Source: Podarcis erhardii (lineage: Eukaryota). From it: DNA of 64,000 nucleotides. Position 1 is the stretch's first letter. Each line of letters opens with the position of its first letter. Position numbers and translations under genes: made by a program. This document shows positions 32,479-45,743 of the stretch, one piece after another. Below the pieces are notes generated by a model. The model did no database searches. It was not told the origin of the DNA and saw only the letters and a program-made list of their open reading frames with translations. The DNA lies in NCBI GenBank assembly GCA_964252035.1, contig OZ176207.1. One strand, given 5' to 3'.

Positions 32479-35197
32479 GAGCCTATGCATCTCTCACATG
32501 GGGCCTAGCTCCTGAGCTTCGGTGTGGGTCCTGAGTGTACTGGCCAGCTGGAGTCTCTCCGTTGATTCCTGGCGCTCCCAATAACAGAACGTGGAGGTAC
32601 ATTATCTTGTTCTTACTATCTTCCTCATGCTTTGTGATTTTGCTTAAATGCTGTACTGTTTTCTATACTATTTAATAGAAGCACTAAACTTTCTTCCATT
32701 TGTGTTGTGATTGCCATTGAATCCAAAAAAAGCCCTTTTATTTGGCGAAACAACTGTCTCCCGCGCTGGCTGACAAGTTTTAATGTTTTAATGTATGTTG
32801 TTCAAGTGTTTTTTATTGCTGAGATGTGTTTTTCCTAACACTCTTTTTATTGTGTTGTACACTGCTTTGGCTGCTCCTCGTGCTACAGAAAGCAGTTGTT
32901 TAACATTAAAATAATTTAAAATTCACGGGAGTTTCCTGCAATAGCATAGCTTCCCACCTTTGGGAGTAGATTAATTTGTTAGCAAACATTTGAGCTTTTA
33001 ACTCTTTTAGTGCCTTTCTGGCTTGACCTTCAATACTGGAAAAGTGTGACTATGCTCCAGAAGGATATATTTATATCCCTTTACTTTATATTCCTTTATT
33101 TATATTCCTTTAGTTATATTGGATATTCATGGCCTGTGACCTCTAGGCACCCTTCTGATCTAAAGTCAATAATTTCTTGTCTTCTTTGATGAAAGGCTCA
33201 CAGTACAGGAATCTGGAAGTTTTGGTCAAGCAAAAAAAGTCTGGGCTAATCAAAATTAGTTTTTGTTTGGGATTTGCACCAAGTAAACAAAATTAGTTAG
33301 TGCCTGATTTATGCACAAGCTAGGTAAGCTTGTCCCCACCCCACCCCTCATGGTAGAATTTGTAGGCACACTCTGTGCCTCCAGGGGGAGGGAGTTCCAT
33401 TGTATACTCCTTCCTTCCCTTACCTGTGCCCTGTGCATGATAAGTAGAAACTTATGATTCTGAGTTAGTGGCAAACCAGGATTGCAGACTGTTATTTGAG
33501 CCTGGTTTGTGGACAAACTTTGGTTTGCACAAACTCTAGTTTGTGGTTTTGGCTAGAAGGGTTTGCAGACTGTGGTTTGCTGCTAAACCAGGATTGGGAC
33601 TTGCTAATGATATCTAAACCATGCCTTACCAGTTTGCCTGAATATACACACTTCATGGGATACACAATTACTACAAAACAGTTAGAAGATCTGAACCTGT
33701 GTTTGATTTTTTGTGTCGCCTATTTATTGACTGTGCAGAAGGAAGCTTACCATTGGACTATACTTGCTTTTATGATAGTCTGAGGCCTGTTCCTAAAAAC
33801 TAGAAAGAGAGGGCTGTTGATAGAAAGCTACCTAGATTAAGAACAGTAGGAAAGCGGACTCTTCCTTAGGGAGTTACAGGCATTATGGCAACCCCCCTTT
33901 GTGGTTTGTGTTGTGATTTTTATGAGAGACACATTGTGAATCTCTCTCCCAACTAAATATAGACAATACATTTATCTTGAACTATTCAACTAACTTTAAC
34001 ATCTCCTGCAAAGGAGGATTGCTTTTTTTAAGCCAAGAGCTGAATTTACTGCCAGGCAATCTGGACAAACTTGCATTCACTCACCTCCAATTCTGTAAGT
34101 ACTCTAATCTCTGTTCAGGTTCACATGTAATGTACACACACAGAATCGGAGACAGATGCATTTTGAGCCAGAACAATGCACCAAGTTTCATGTTGGATTC
34201 TCAGACTCATCAAATTGTATAGAGAAGTTTGTAAAAGCTGCCAAAACTTTAGTAAGATTTTGGCAAAAAAACCCCAAACAAACCAGGAGTAGATTGCTAG
34301 ATCCATTAGAACAAAGGTCTATGAGTCAAAGCTCATGGGTTTAGCCTTTTGCTGGCTTTTGTTCTTTCACAAAGATTTTTAACTGCTGGGAATTGCTATT
34401 CATCCTTGGGTCAGGAGAAGCACCACAGTGGGTGTCTAACCATTTCCAATTTTTCTGTTTTGTTGCTATGCAATATACCTTAACTCATCAAGGTGCTGAC
34501 TACTTATTCTCTATGGGCCTTCTAAATTTTGGCTGCTCAGGGATCGTAGATTCTTCCTCCTCCCCCCATGTACACATTCTTCTTTCTTGAAAATAAGACA
34601 TAGTAGCTTTCCTATGCTGCTGTGCAGAGTGAAAAGATGTTGATTTTCATAGCAAGCAAATTTTAATTTTACCATTCTGCAATCCTGGCACTTAATATTT
34701 TCTCCAAGAGGCTATGTTAAGAACCAGTGGGAAAAGCAGAATGGTATTGCAGAGTAAGAACCCACTCCTGTGAAGCTTTGCTTGAAAGTAGGGCACACTG
34801 AATTCAAAGTAGCAGCCAATCCTATGCAAAATTAGTCTAAGTTAACCAATTTATTGTGGCATAAGCATCCAGGGACTAGAGTTGGTTTCATTTATAAAAC
34901 AAGTGAGCTCTTGTCCACAAAAGGGTAAGCTATAAACAAGTCTGTTAGTTGTTAAGGCCCCACAAGACACTCTTGTTGACAATAGTCTGGATGCTGTGAT
35001 GCACAGTTAGTCACACTTCATTCTGTAAGGAATTAGGGGGCATGTGAGTATGATTGCTGATAAGATTATTGATAAGGTCATGCTGCCTGAGAGTTCAGTC
35101 AGCTGATAGTTGGAAAGCTCTGAGAGTCACCAGTCTGAGATATTTGGAGGGCCACAGAGTCTTTGCCTTAGACTCAGGATTAAATATTCCCTTAAAT

Positions 35198-35334
35198 CAG
35201 GCATAGGCAAACTCCGCCCCCTCCAGATGTTTGGGACTACACTTCCCATGATCCCTAGCTAACAGGATCAGTGGTCAGGGATGATGGGAATTGTAGTCCC
35301 AAACATCTGGAGGGCTGGAGTTTGCCTATGCCTG
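35198..35334. mobile_element. hAT-type MITE, 137 bp, hairpin-forming
   Basis: 17-bp perfect TIR CAGGCATAGGCAAACTC; perfect 8-bp TSD CCTTAAAT. Confidence 0.92.
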
Positions 35335-36619
35335 CCTTAAATGAAGTCCTCAATATAATTTAATCACATTATATTTTTAAAATTTCTGGTTTTACATATG
35401 CATTGTAATATAAAACCAGGAAAGTGACAATGTAACCTCAGATTCGCTGTTAAGCAGGGGCCTCCGTGGGGGCAGGAGTTGGGGCAGACACACCGCTACG
35501 TGAATCAGGCTCTCCTGTCAACCCATCTTCCCTGGCATGGATTTATGGAATGGCAGCAGAAGATTAGTGAACTGCCATATGGTTGTTCCCATAATGCTCC
35601 AGTAAGTCACTGTAGGAATGTGAGAGTGGCAGGTGGCTTGACTTAGATCATGGTGTTGCTGTTTACCACCTTTAGACTTGCAGGGGTGGTGCAGAGTATG
35701 CCAATGGGGGTTGCTTTGCCTGCCCCTCACTAGTCTGAAGCTGGTCCTGTTTCTGAGAGACATCTACTCCTTGAATCTGGTGTTGCCTTTTGACCAGGCA
35801 CTGGTTACATTTTGCAACCGTTATCTATGGTTATCTCGCGCAGAACCACGCTTGCAACTCCTATATGATCTGGGGGCTATGGTTTATTTCCTCTAGAGTA
35901 ATGATGGCAGTGGCAGCATCCTATCACAAATATTTCCCTTTTCTGAAAGGCGACATGGTCCTGAAGACAGGGCAAGTCAAACGTGAGCTATGAACATTGC
36001 GTTGAAAATATATAATGAAATAATTATGCACGCCAAACTCACTGATGAGTAAATTCATTTCATACGCCTAGCACCTGCAGTCTGTCTGGCTGCTGGCTCC
36101 TTTACAATTGTGCCTCTAGCCAATTTATACTTGACATATGCTTTTCTATCCACTCCTTTTAATAGAGCAATGGAGATGGCAAATGCAGATGCTCAGGGTC
36201 ATCTGCTGTTTTGGCTGATGTGCCTGCATACTGAAGCTCTGTTCTCAGAGCAGACATCATACTGTTGTTGGAGAACAAGTCCTGGCTGAAGTTTTTAAAT
36301 AGCTCTGTAATCTCCAGAGGGCCCATTAATGCTGTCTGATATATTGATTTGGTTACGGTTTTTAATAAGAGGCAAGTAGGACCTGCAACAAAAAGTTTGC
36401 ACTGTTCCAGCCAGCCATGGCCACCTCCATTTAGTTTCCCTCTCCTGACAAGTCATCCTGTGGCCACTGAGTGTGGTCATTGGGCTGATTTTTGGGGATC
36501 ACTCATTCATTAGGGTGTTGTGTTGCTGTCTTTTGTATTTATGCAAGCATTGGGGTCCCAGAGTCTGGTGGCACGTCCCTCTTTTGCATGGCTATTGCTA
36601 TTTTGGCTATGTAAGCAAA

Positions 36620-37430
36620 GGGACACGGGTGGCACTGTGGGTTAAACCACAGAGCCTAGGGCTTGCTGATCAGAAGGTCGGCGGTTTGAATCCCTGCGAC
36701 GGGGTGAGCTCCTGTTGCTTGGTCCCTGCTCCTGCCAACCTAGCAGTTCGAAAGCATGTCAAAGTGCAAGTAGATAAATACCGTATTTTTCGCCCTATAT
36801 GACGCACTTTTTCCCCTCCAAAAATGAAGGGGAAATCTGTGTGCGTCCTATGGGGCAAATACAGGCTTTCGCTGAAGCTTGGAGAGTGAGAGGGGTCGGT
36901 GCGCACCGACCCCTCTCGCTCTCCAGGCTTCAGGAAGCTATCAGCAAGCCTGGGGAGCCCGCGGGAGTTCCCGCGGGGCTCCCCACGCTGCGGAAAGCAG
37001 CCTGCCGCCCGGCGCGCAAAGTGCCCTGAAGCAGAGCGCCCTGCGCACCGGGCAAACATTGGCCAGCCCCACAAGCTCGGGGGACTGCAGGGAGGCGCAG
37101 CGCCGCCATCCCGCTGTTCCCCGACCTGGTTGGGGGGGGGGAATAAAGGAAAATTTTTTTTTCCTTTATTTCCCCCCCCCAAAAAAAAATTAGGTGCGTC
37201 CTATGGGACGGAGCGTCCTATGGGACGAAAAATACGGTAGGTACCGCTACGGCGGGAAAGTTAAACGGCGTTTCCGTGCGCTGCTCTGATTCACCAGAAG
37301 CAGCTTAGTCATGCTGGCCACATGACCTGGAAGCTGTACGCTGGCTCCCTCGGCCAATAAAGTGAGATGAGCACCGCAACCCCAGAGTCGGCCACGACTG
37401 GACCTAATGGTCAGGGGTCCCTTTACCTTT
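36620..37430 (+). mobile_element. Sauria/Squam1-type SINE split by a MITE insertion
   Basis: head 36620-36780, body resumes at 37240 (ggtaccgct), ccctttaccttt tail; flanking duplication TAAGCAAAGG at 36612-36621 and 37430-37439. Confidence 0.9.
36781..37237. mobile_element. Tc1/mariner-type MITE (CCGTA termini) nested in a SINE
   Basis: TA|CCGTATTTTTCG ... CGAAAAATACGG|TA; duplicated TA sits at the SINE sequence gataaata/ggtac. Confidence 0.9.
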
Positions 37431-38147
37431 AAGCAAAGGCTGAACATTAGAAAAGGAAGGGATGGTGAGAATCTCCCTTAAGGGCCATGATTTCCCCCCT
37501 CATTTTCTTGTCCCCAACCTTTCAAGCATAAGTAGCTACTTTTTATTTAGGGAAAAAGCAACAGCCCCTGCTTCACTCGGATCCACATCCACATATGCCA
37601 ATAGCCATGTTAACATTTCATCAGAGCAGTTAAGATTTCATGCAGTAAATGACAACAGTTGAGTAGTTTCCCATGATTTCAAATGTTGACAGAAGAAGGA
37701 AATACATCCACAACATTATAAATTGTCAGGAAGCAGGAGGAATTTGGGGTTCTGTTCTCACTTGAAGCAGTAAAGCTGGATTTTAACTGTAATGGACAAA
37801 ATGTTAACAGCTTTCAGTCTTTCATTGGCGTCTGGAGGCTCACCAGATCCTTTGAGTGGTTTATAGCAGTGTCTAAATTAATTGAGCTGGGAGGAGAAAG
37901 CCCATTCTGGTCAGGACACAGGAAAACAGCACCCCAGGTGTTTCAATTCAATAGCTTTTCTATTTTAGCAGCAGCAAGCATTCCTAACATCACAGTTTGA
38001 CACAGCCAACTTCTTAAAAATGCACCTTTTCCACTTTCCCTTGTTCTAAACTCCCAACAAGTAAAGTACAATTGTTAATTATAACTAAGGTCACATTTGA
38101 AGCATTATTATACCATTTGTACAATCATAGCTTCGATAAAAAATATT

Positions 38148-38329
38148 GGGAGCTGTTGTTTGTTAAGGATGCTGGGAGTTGTTAGGAGCTCCCTATTCCC
38201 CTCCCAGACCTACAATTCCAGAGTATGCTGGGGAAAGGGATTGACTGTCAAGTCACACTCAGGGAATTGTACCTTTGGGAAGGGAATCTCCTAACAACTC
38301 TCAGCACCCTTAACAAACTACAGTTCCCA
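38148..38329. mobile_element. Palindromic MITE-like repeat
   Basis: imperfect inverted arms tgggagctgttgtttgttaaggatgctgggagttgttaggag / ctcctaacaactctcagcacccttaacaaactacagttccca. Confidence 0.65.
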
Positions 38330-38737
38330 GGATGCTTTGGGGGAATAGGTCATTTGATCACATCTGGTGTGAATGTCCTCAAGTAGAGAGGTTTTTCCCA
38401 GTGGCATAAAAGATATAGCAGGATGTGCTGCTCTTACAGCACAGATCATATTGCTTCAATTCCCATCCCTGTTTTCTGTGTAGTTATGTTCCTTGCGTGC
38501 TTTGAGTGTAGGCGTTGGCTCAAGAGACCTTGATGAAGAAATGCAATGAAGAATAATAACATTTCTTATATTTCATTGCATCAACGTCCTGTGGGTGAAT
38601 TAGGCAACTGATAGGGGATCTTAGTTCATATGAGCCAATTCTATAATCAGTGGCTAGCTTTTTATGGATAAACTAGGGCTGCTGTCTCTGCTTGCTTTGC
38701 TTGCCCCCCTACGCCTGCCAAAAGTGGTGGCCACCAG

Positions 38738-38882
38738 CTAGAGTTCAGTTGGCTAGAGCATGGTGCTGATAATGCCAAGGTTGCAGGTTTGATTCTCATG
38801 AGACAGCTGCATATTCCTGCATTCCAGGGGGTTGGACTAGATGATCCACAGGGTCCCTTCCAACTCTACAATTCTATGATAT
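38738..38882 (+). mobile_element. tRNA-derived SINE with CR1-like tail (Squam3-like)
   Basis: agttcagttggctagagcatggtgctgataatgccaaggttgcaggtttgattc head; ggtcccttccaactctacaattctatgat tail. Confidence 0.75.
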
Positions 38883-40356
38883 TACTGGAGTTGCAACATG
38901 AGTTATTTAAAGGGTGAATAAAAAGGTCTTCATCTGGCACCAAAAAGACCATAAAGATGGAGGCAGGCAAAGTTCTATGGGAAGTTTCCAGATGACCTCT
39001 CAGAAGCATTCCTTCATTATCTAATTCTGCAAGTGAGGTGGTAGATAACTTTCCCCTCTCCCTTTAGCTATACACTAACGCTGCACAGTGCAGAAAGCAG
39101 CACTCATACCTCAGGGAGCCAGAAATTGGCTGAGTGCGGTGGGGCATTGACATAGCCCTTTTGCTGCCAACATGCCTCACATTTTAGTTTCTGATAAAAG
39201 GAAATCAAAAGCCCAACATTCCAGAAATATGTACTTTTCTTTATGAAAAGAAAAGAAATCTGGGCTTCTCCTATCTGGGGAATGTGCTGAATAGTACTCC
39301 CATAGTCTACAGTTCTCGCAACCATCACCAGTGGGCATACTGGCCATATTAACATACAATGCATGTGGTATTCAATTCACTTCTAAGACACCCATAACCT
39401 GTGAATGTCTGACTTTTGCTGCATTGATTGCCTGCTGCCTTGAATATCTTACAGTGATCACTTTTACCCCAAAGAGCATATTCTTAATAGTCTGAAAGCC
39501 AATGAAGCAGGTCTTGTGTCCCACAGTTGTGCACAGCAGTGTCATCATTCTTTTCAGTCCATTAGGCCAACAGGTAACTCCCTAGGTTTGGTTTAAGTGA
39601 GGTATGTCTAACTTTTTCTGCTGATAGGTTTGGCTTTCACTTCCTTAAATTTCCACAGATGCAGCACAGTAAACTGCAACTAGGGCATCTTTTTGGATCA
39701 TCTTCCCCACTCCAGTAAGTATAATTTAGGCTTCCACATGTATTGTGGGATAAATTAAACAAAATAAAAAATAAAAAATGAAAGGTCTGCATTTGCTGAT
39801 AACCAAGCAGCAGTGACTGCAGGTGCTTCCACGCGAGCTACTTAAGTGACTGACAGCACATTCCTAACCATTTCTATGCTGCAACCATATACCCACTAAC
39901 CTTGGAGTAAGCCCCATTGAACTCAGTGGAACTTACTTCTGAGTAGCCATGGTTTTGATTGATCTGCTAGCCACTTTTGAATTGTCATTCTTTGTTCACT
40001 GATTTTTTAAAAAAATGCAGAATAGGTGATAGGCATGCTGCTTTCATATACTATGTATGAGAGCACCAAACCTATTCAAAGCTGCCTGGAGAGCAGCAAG
40101 CTGCTGCCCTGCCGCTGCCGATGTGTAAAGCAGCAGTGGAGCAATAGCTTCCTCTTCCACCTTGCCACGTCCTACTTCTTCCTGGGCCACCCATTCCCTC
40201 ACTTGATCCCCGCCTCCACTTGCACATATGTTCTATAGTTGCAAAAGTGCTGTGAGCTTGGAAAATCTCTGGAGAGAGCAAGGACAAGGTGAATGAAGGT
40301 GGAGAGACAGGGACTACCTGGCTGAAAAGGAAGAAGGCAACAAATGAAGCGTTATC

Positions 40357-41087
40357 CTGAATGGGGTAACTGTGCCCCTGAAGGACCAGGTGCGTAGCCT
40401 TTGGACTCACAGCTGTTCATGGAGACACAGGTTAATTCTTTGGCCAGGGCAGCTGTTTATCAGCTCCATCTGGAATACAGGCTAAGACCCTACCTGCCTG
40501 CAGACTGTCTTGCCAGGGTGGTGCATGCTCTAGTTAGCTCCCGCTTGGACTACTGCAATGCGCTCTACATGGGGCTACCTTTGAAGGTGACTCGGAAACT
40601 GCAATTAATCCAGAATGCAGCAGCTAGACTGGTGCCTGGGAGCAGCCGCCAAGACCATATAACACCGGTCCTGAAAGATCTTCATTGGCTCCCAGTACGT
40701 TTCCGAGCACAATTCAAAGTGTTGGTGCTGACTTTTAAAGACCGAAACGGCTTCGGTCCTGTATACCTGAAGGAGCGTCTCTATCCCTGACACTGAGGTC
40801 CAGTGCCGAGGGCCTTCTGGCGGTTTCCTTGCTGTGAGAAATGAGGTTACAGGGAACAAGGCAGAGGGCCTTCTCGGTAGTGGCGCCCACCCTGTGGAAT
40901 GCCCTCCCAGCAGATGTCAAGGCAATAAACAACTATTTTACTTTAAAAAGACAGCTGTTTAGGGAAGTTTTTAATGTCTGATGCGGTACTGTTTTTAATA
41001 TTCAGTGAAAGCCGCCCAGAGTGGCTGGGGAAACCCAGCCAGATGGGTGAGGTATAAATAATAAACTATGATGATGATGATGATGCC
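40357..41087 (+). mobile_element. 5'-truncated L2 LINE (ORF2 C-terminal remnant, 3' stem-loop, (GAT)n tail)
   Basis: ORF 40401-40790 ...VVHALVSSRLDYCNALYMGLPLKVTRKLQLIQNAAARLV...LHWLPVRFRAQFKVLVLTFK; 3' end gccgcccagagtggctggggaaacccagccagatggg. Confidence 0.92.
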
Positions 41088-43029
41088 ATATTTCACTTAC
41101 CACAAAAAGTAAACCACTAGGAGGTTGTTGTTTTTTTTATTACAGTTAAGCAATATATAAATTTAATGAAATAGATAAAAAGTACAATGTTTGGGGAAGC
41201 GCATTTGTTGCCCAAGACCTCTAAATCAACTTTTAATAGCATGTCCCGAATCTGCTAAATATCTGATTGAATCCCACCCAAAACTATCAACCATCTATAA
41301 GTGCCCTTAGTGCACTGGGTATAAGTTCCTATCCCTTTTCTGAGCTTCTGAGGAGGGAAGGACCTCACTTAACACACTTATGTTGGAACTCAAGCCCAGC
41401 ATAATGACACTGTCCCTTTCGCTCTGGACATAGTGGTGGGATCATGGAAAAAACTAATTTTGGTGCTCATAAATTTTTGTTGCTGCGCTGATGACATCAG
41501 TGATTGAAAAATGGCAACAGAGAAGTATTATTGTTAAAAGAAACTTTAATCAAGAAAAAGGCCTTTTCATATCATAATTACATTATACAAAGGGTATTAG
41601 TATTTTAACATTTTTTTTGCTAGTCACATTGCCACTGTTTTTTCACACTGCATTTCAGGCAACAAAATCAAACACTAAACCATAGCTTGACATAGTGCAT
41701 TCATAGCTTTTTACATGTATTTACAGTTTTAGCTGCAAGGAAAGATGTTGAAAGTGGGATGGATCAATAACTACCAGAATGGAGACACCATGGCATTCCT
41801 GCTTTCTTAAAAATCTATTCTGTGCAACATTCTCTTTTCCAATTAGTCTTATTGAGTGTGCCTACACAGCTCAAGTACAGGCACCTCCTCACTTGCATGT
41901 GTGCCATTTGCATGCACCTTTTTCATCACCAAAAGAGGGTGGAACAGGGGAATCCCCACTTGTGCTCACCCTGTGTAAGTAGGGATTCCCTTGTACATGA
42001 TTTTTGTTTAAATGAGAGGCTGGGTCCTAGAGGTACATTAGATAGATAGCTATATTTCCACCCCAAGGTTCGTAGTATCACATAGAAAGCACACTTCATC
42101 ACTTTTGCTGACTGACTTGCAATGATCCCCACAGACATTCATGGTGTTTAACCTTACCATGGAAATGAGCTTAAGCCATTCTTGGAGCCATCTTTCTAGA
42201 AGTTCTTGCTCTAACAGAAAAAACACTTCCATTATTGGATAGTGCTTATCTTCAAGAAATAGTCACCAGGGCTCAGGCATACTTGGATGCCATGCCATTT
42301 GCCTGGTCATGAAAGTTTTAATCCTAATGTGATGGGAAAGACTGCAGTTGGTTACTCAGTGGCAAGAGAAAAGCACTCTGCACAAAGCTGGAGGTACTTT
42401 ATTACTTCACATGTTCCAGGACATGGTCCTGGTACTAATCAAGGACGATCCCTAGGTGTAATGTATCACAACGTTGTTCTAAAAAAAGAAGATACATATA
42501 ATTAATTCTTTGAAAAAAGTTATGCTTTATAAATAACATGCATGTACAGGAGAGATAATCAGACACACAGTTTTCATTCAGTAAGGATTTAAATGTGATT
42601 TAAGACTTTAATCTGCTTTGGTGGTTGTGTAGAGCTCAACCATGCTACTTAGAGCCCTATATCGCTTTGATCAGAAAAAGGCAGTAGAGTTTTGGAAGAT
42701 TCAAATAATCTGCTGTTTTCTATGTCCAGTCCTGTACTGAGGGACACAGCACCTTGAGGACACAGGACATGTACAAAGGACTTTTATTTCCTAGCAGATA
42801 GCATTTGAGGACTGCACAAATCTTCATGTATTGTTACAATTTCCGTGGGAAGCATTTCCTTTAAAATGATGATTACTGGCCCAAAGTGACAAGTATGGCT
42901 TGAGAATGGAGGAGTAATAAATAACTAGCAGAGGTCAAGAAGGCAGAGACATATTAACAATTACAAAGTCAGCAGGAACTGCAGCACCTTCTGGGGCATT
43001 ATACTTTAGAAAAAAGATGTCTAAAGTGG

Positions 43030-43220
43030 GAAAGTTTTGAGAGGCTTATAAAATCATGCATAGTGTGCCGAAAGTGGAGAGAGACGTTTTCGTCTCTTTC
43101 CTAGTACTAGAACATGAAGCCATTCAATGAAATTGAATGGAAATAGGACAGCCATACATAACACATAATTAGCTCATAGAATTTGCAGCCCCAATATGAG
43201 GTGATGGCCACTCATTCTGG
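43030..43220 (+). mobile_element. Degenerate CR1 fragment followed by a 21-bp tandem duplication (43222-43263)
   Basis: ttataaaatcatgcatagtgtg...aaagtggagagaga...aatgaaattgaatgg resembles CR1 ORF2 end; taggtgcatttagctacatag x2. Confidence 0.55.
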
Positions 43221-43526
43221 ATAGGTGCATTTAGCTACATAGTAGGTGCATTTAGCTACATAGGTAAAGGGAGGAAAATGTGTAAAAAATGGGAACAAAG
43301 GGCCCTGAAACATCTGATTTCTAAGTGAAGTCTAATGTATGCAAGTTTTCATCTTGTGTAAGTTTAGGGTCTGCATATATGGTATTTGTAAACACTTCAT
43401 TTAAGTCTTTAAAGGACGTTGTTTATGTTGCTTCCGTCAATGGTTTTTTTACAAGGAGAGCTAGACTAACTATGTTTTGTTAGGAAATTATAATAACATT
43501 TGAATATGTGTCGAGTCACCATGCGT

Positions 43527-43558
43527 TTTATTGGTGCAATATCCCAAAGTGGTTTATT
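43527..43558 (-). terminator. PIEZO2: Candidate PIEZO2 polyadenylation signals (two AATAAA on - strand)
   Basis: + strand TTTATT at 43527-43532 and 43553-43558, at the end of about 2 kb of AT-rich UTR-like sequence after the stop; other AATAAA at 43904 and 44886. Confidence 0.45.
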
Positions 43559-45490
43559 TTGGTGTGCACTTCCTAGTGTCAATATGCTAATTTTCACAGT
43601 ATTGAAATATACCAGCAATGTTTTGATGGAAACAGATCAACTGTGTGGGCATGTCATGTCACAATTTTCTTCTACCTAACATACACCCCTAGACTAAAAT
43701 GTGCAAGTAATTTTACAGTTTCCTGTTCAGTTCCCATCTACCTTCTAGTGACTTGTAACATTATCAAATACAATAAATAGTTATGATAGTTCAATGATTA
43801 CTGACAATCTCACTACGTAGACACTTTCAGTTTATAAAAAAAATTCATTCAATGTAAACAAGCATATGAAAAAATACTTCTGAAATGACTTTGCAGCATG
43901 TGCTTTATTTGTCAGTATGGAGTGAAAACTGCACAGTAAAACCCCTTAGCATACCTTATCCATTCAGTGATTTTTCTGTTGCTGAGAAATTGCATTTTCT
44001 AAACCATGTAATGCAAATTACATTGCAACACATAAATGTTCATGCTACACTGTCCTCTGCTAAATAGCCGGTGTTCACCAACAGCAATAATTTAAGAAAA
44101 AGCCCCTTTTTTCAAGCTCATTATATATATGTTTTATCATAATTAGGAACTTTAAAAACACATCCTGGACATAAAAACGAGAATTTGCATATGTTAACAT
44201 TTCTGTATACCTGAAACACTGGAAGGAAATACTAGGTAGAAGTCAGATGGTTTACATTTAAACGTCTGTATAGGGTGATCTTTTTCTTTTGCTTCCTACA
44301 ACATGCTTTCCACTATTTTGTCTTTAAATGTTTCCAAGAAATCAAAGGCTGGGTTCAAATGAAATGCAAAACCATGATTAATGGTATTCACCGTTTAAAA
44401 AAAATCACACCATGGTTTTGACCTTTCCAATGTACAACAGTAATACAACAGTTTAAAGCTTCTTGTCCTTTCCCAGCTGGCCAAGACTCAAGCTTCTTAA
44501 ATTCATTCTAATTTCCATGGTGCAGCAGCCTCTTAAAGCAGAGCAATGGCCCTAACTGTGGTTTGTCAATGGTCTGTGAATTCAGACATAACAGCAAACC
44601 ACAGTCGGCGCGCACTGTGGTTTGTAAACCAGCTCTAAACTGTGGCTTCAGGTGCGAGTTTGTCAGCTCCCAACCAACCATTGTTTTTGGAGAGGCTTGA
44701 GTTTAGATATTAAAACAAACGATAATTTGTTTTGCCAAACATACTATATTTGAACAAGCCAAAGGCATCATAAAGTTCAACTGGCTTATTTTAAAAAATA
44801 CCTGGCTACTTGGGAGCAATTGGCGCAGCAAAATATTACAACACTTCACCATAATCATTATTCGCTAGTAAAACTTTTGACAGTTTTTATTTTCCTGAGT
44901 AAATTCACTGATGTTTTCAATGCCTCCTGTTAATTGTTCAAATAAAATAAGGCAGTTAAAGATAATGTCAGTGAAGTTTTTTTCCTTCCAGAAGTACATC
45001 TGCAGATCTGGTTTTCTAGAAATGCACATAACAAAGTTGCCTTCAGCACCCTCTGTAATCCATTGTCTTGGATTTTCTAGAACAACTCCTCAGATCACTG
45101 CTGTCCCTTGAAAGTGATGCAAAACAGCATATTGCACACCACTCCAGAATCTGATTAATTCAGCTGTGATAGCCTTCTTTTTCCCTTGAGAATGAGAGCT
45201 GAAGCCCAAGTCAGACATGGATGCAGAATATTTTGTTCACTAAAATGAAAAGCAGATTTCTCTGATGTTAGAGGAGTTGTATTTGAAAACAAAGGCTAGC
45301 TTTCTTCATCTTTGATTTGAAAGGCAGCATATATTTCTAGGGAGCCAAATGAACTCCACAAACAGAAAATTCATTGCTACCTAATTATAAAAGGCTTCCC
45401 TCTTAAGAGAATGTTGTGCTTTGTTTTGTTTTTTAAAAAAACGACAACCAGTTGAAGTCATCTTGAATTACAATGCAAATCCCGAAAAGA

Positions 45491-45743
45491 TCAATTTGTT
45501 TTTTCTCTAGTCCATTTGATCATAGTCTCTGGGGAGCGGTACAGGAATATTAATTTGGCATATAAATCTTCTTCCAATTCCAGTTCACCAGTCTCCCGCA
45601 CTAAGAAGATGTCGGTGCACAATTTGAGGATGCGATCTACATTGGGAAGCTCTTCAAACATTATGGAGTGGGAAATCCCACTGAAGAACTCACGGACAAA
45701 TTTTCCTATTACCAGGACGACTGAAGCATATAATCCCATGATG
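45491..45743 (-). CDS. PIEZO2: PIEZO2 terminal coding exon (inner helix and CTD)
   Basis: [33 protein letters not shown]...WTREKTN*. Confidence 0.98.

Noticed and set aside
36670-37240. Cluster of 76-170 aa ORFs
   Set aside because: Products of the GC-rich MITE/SINE composite
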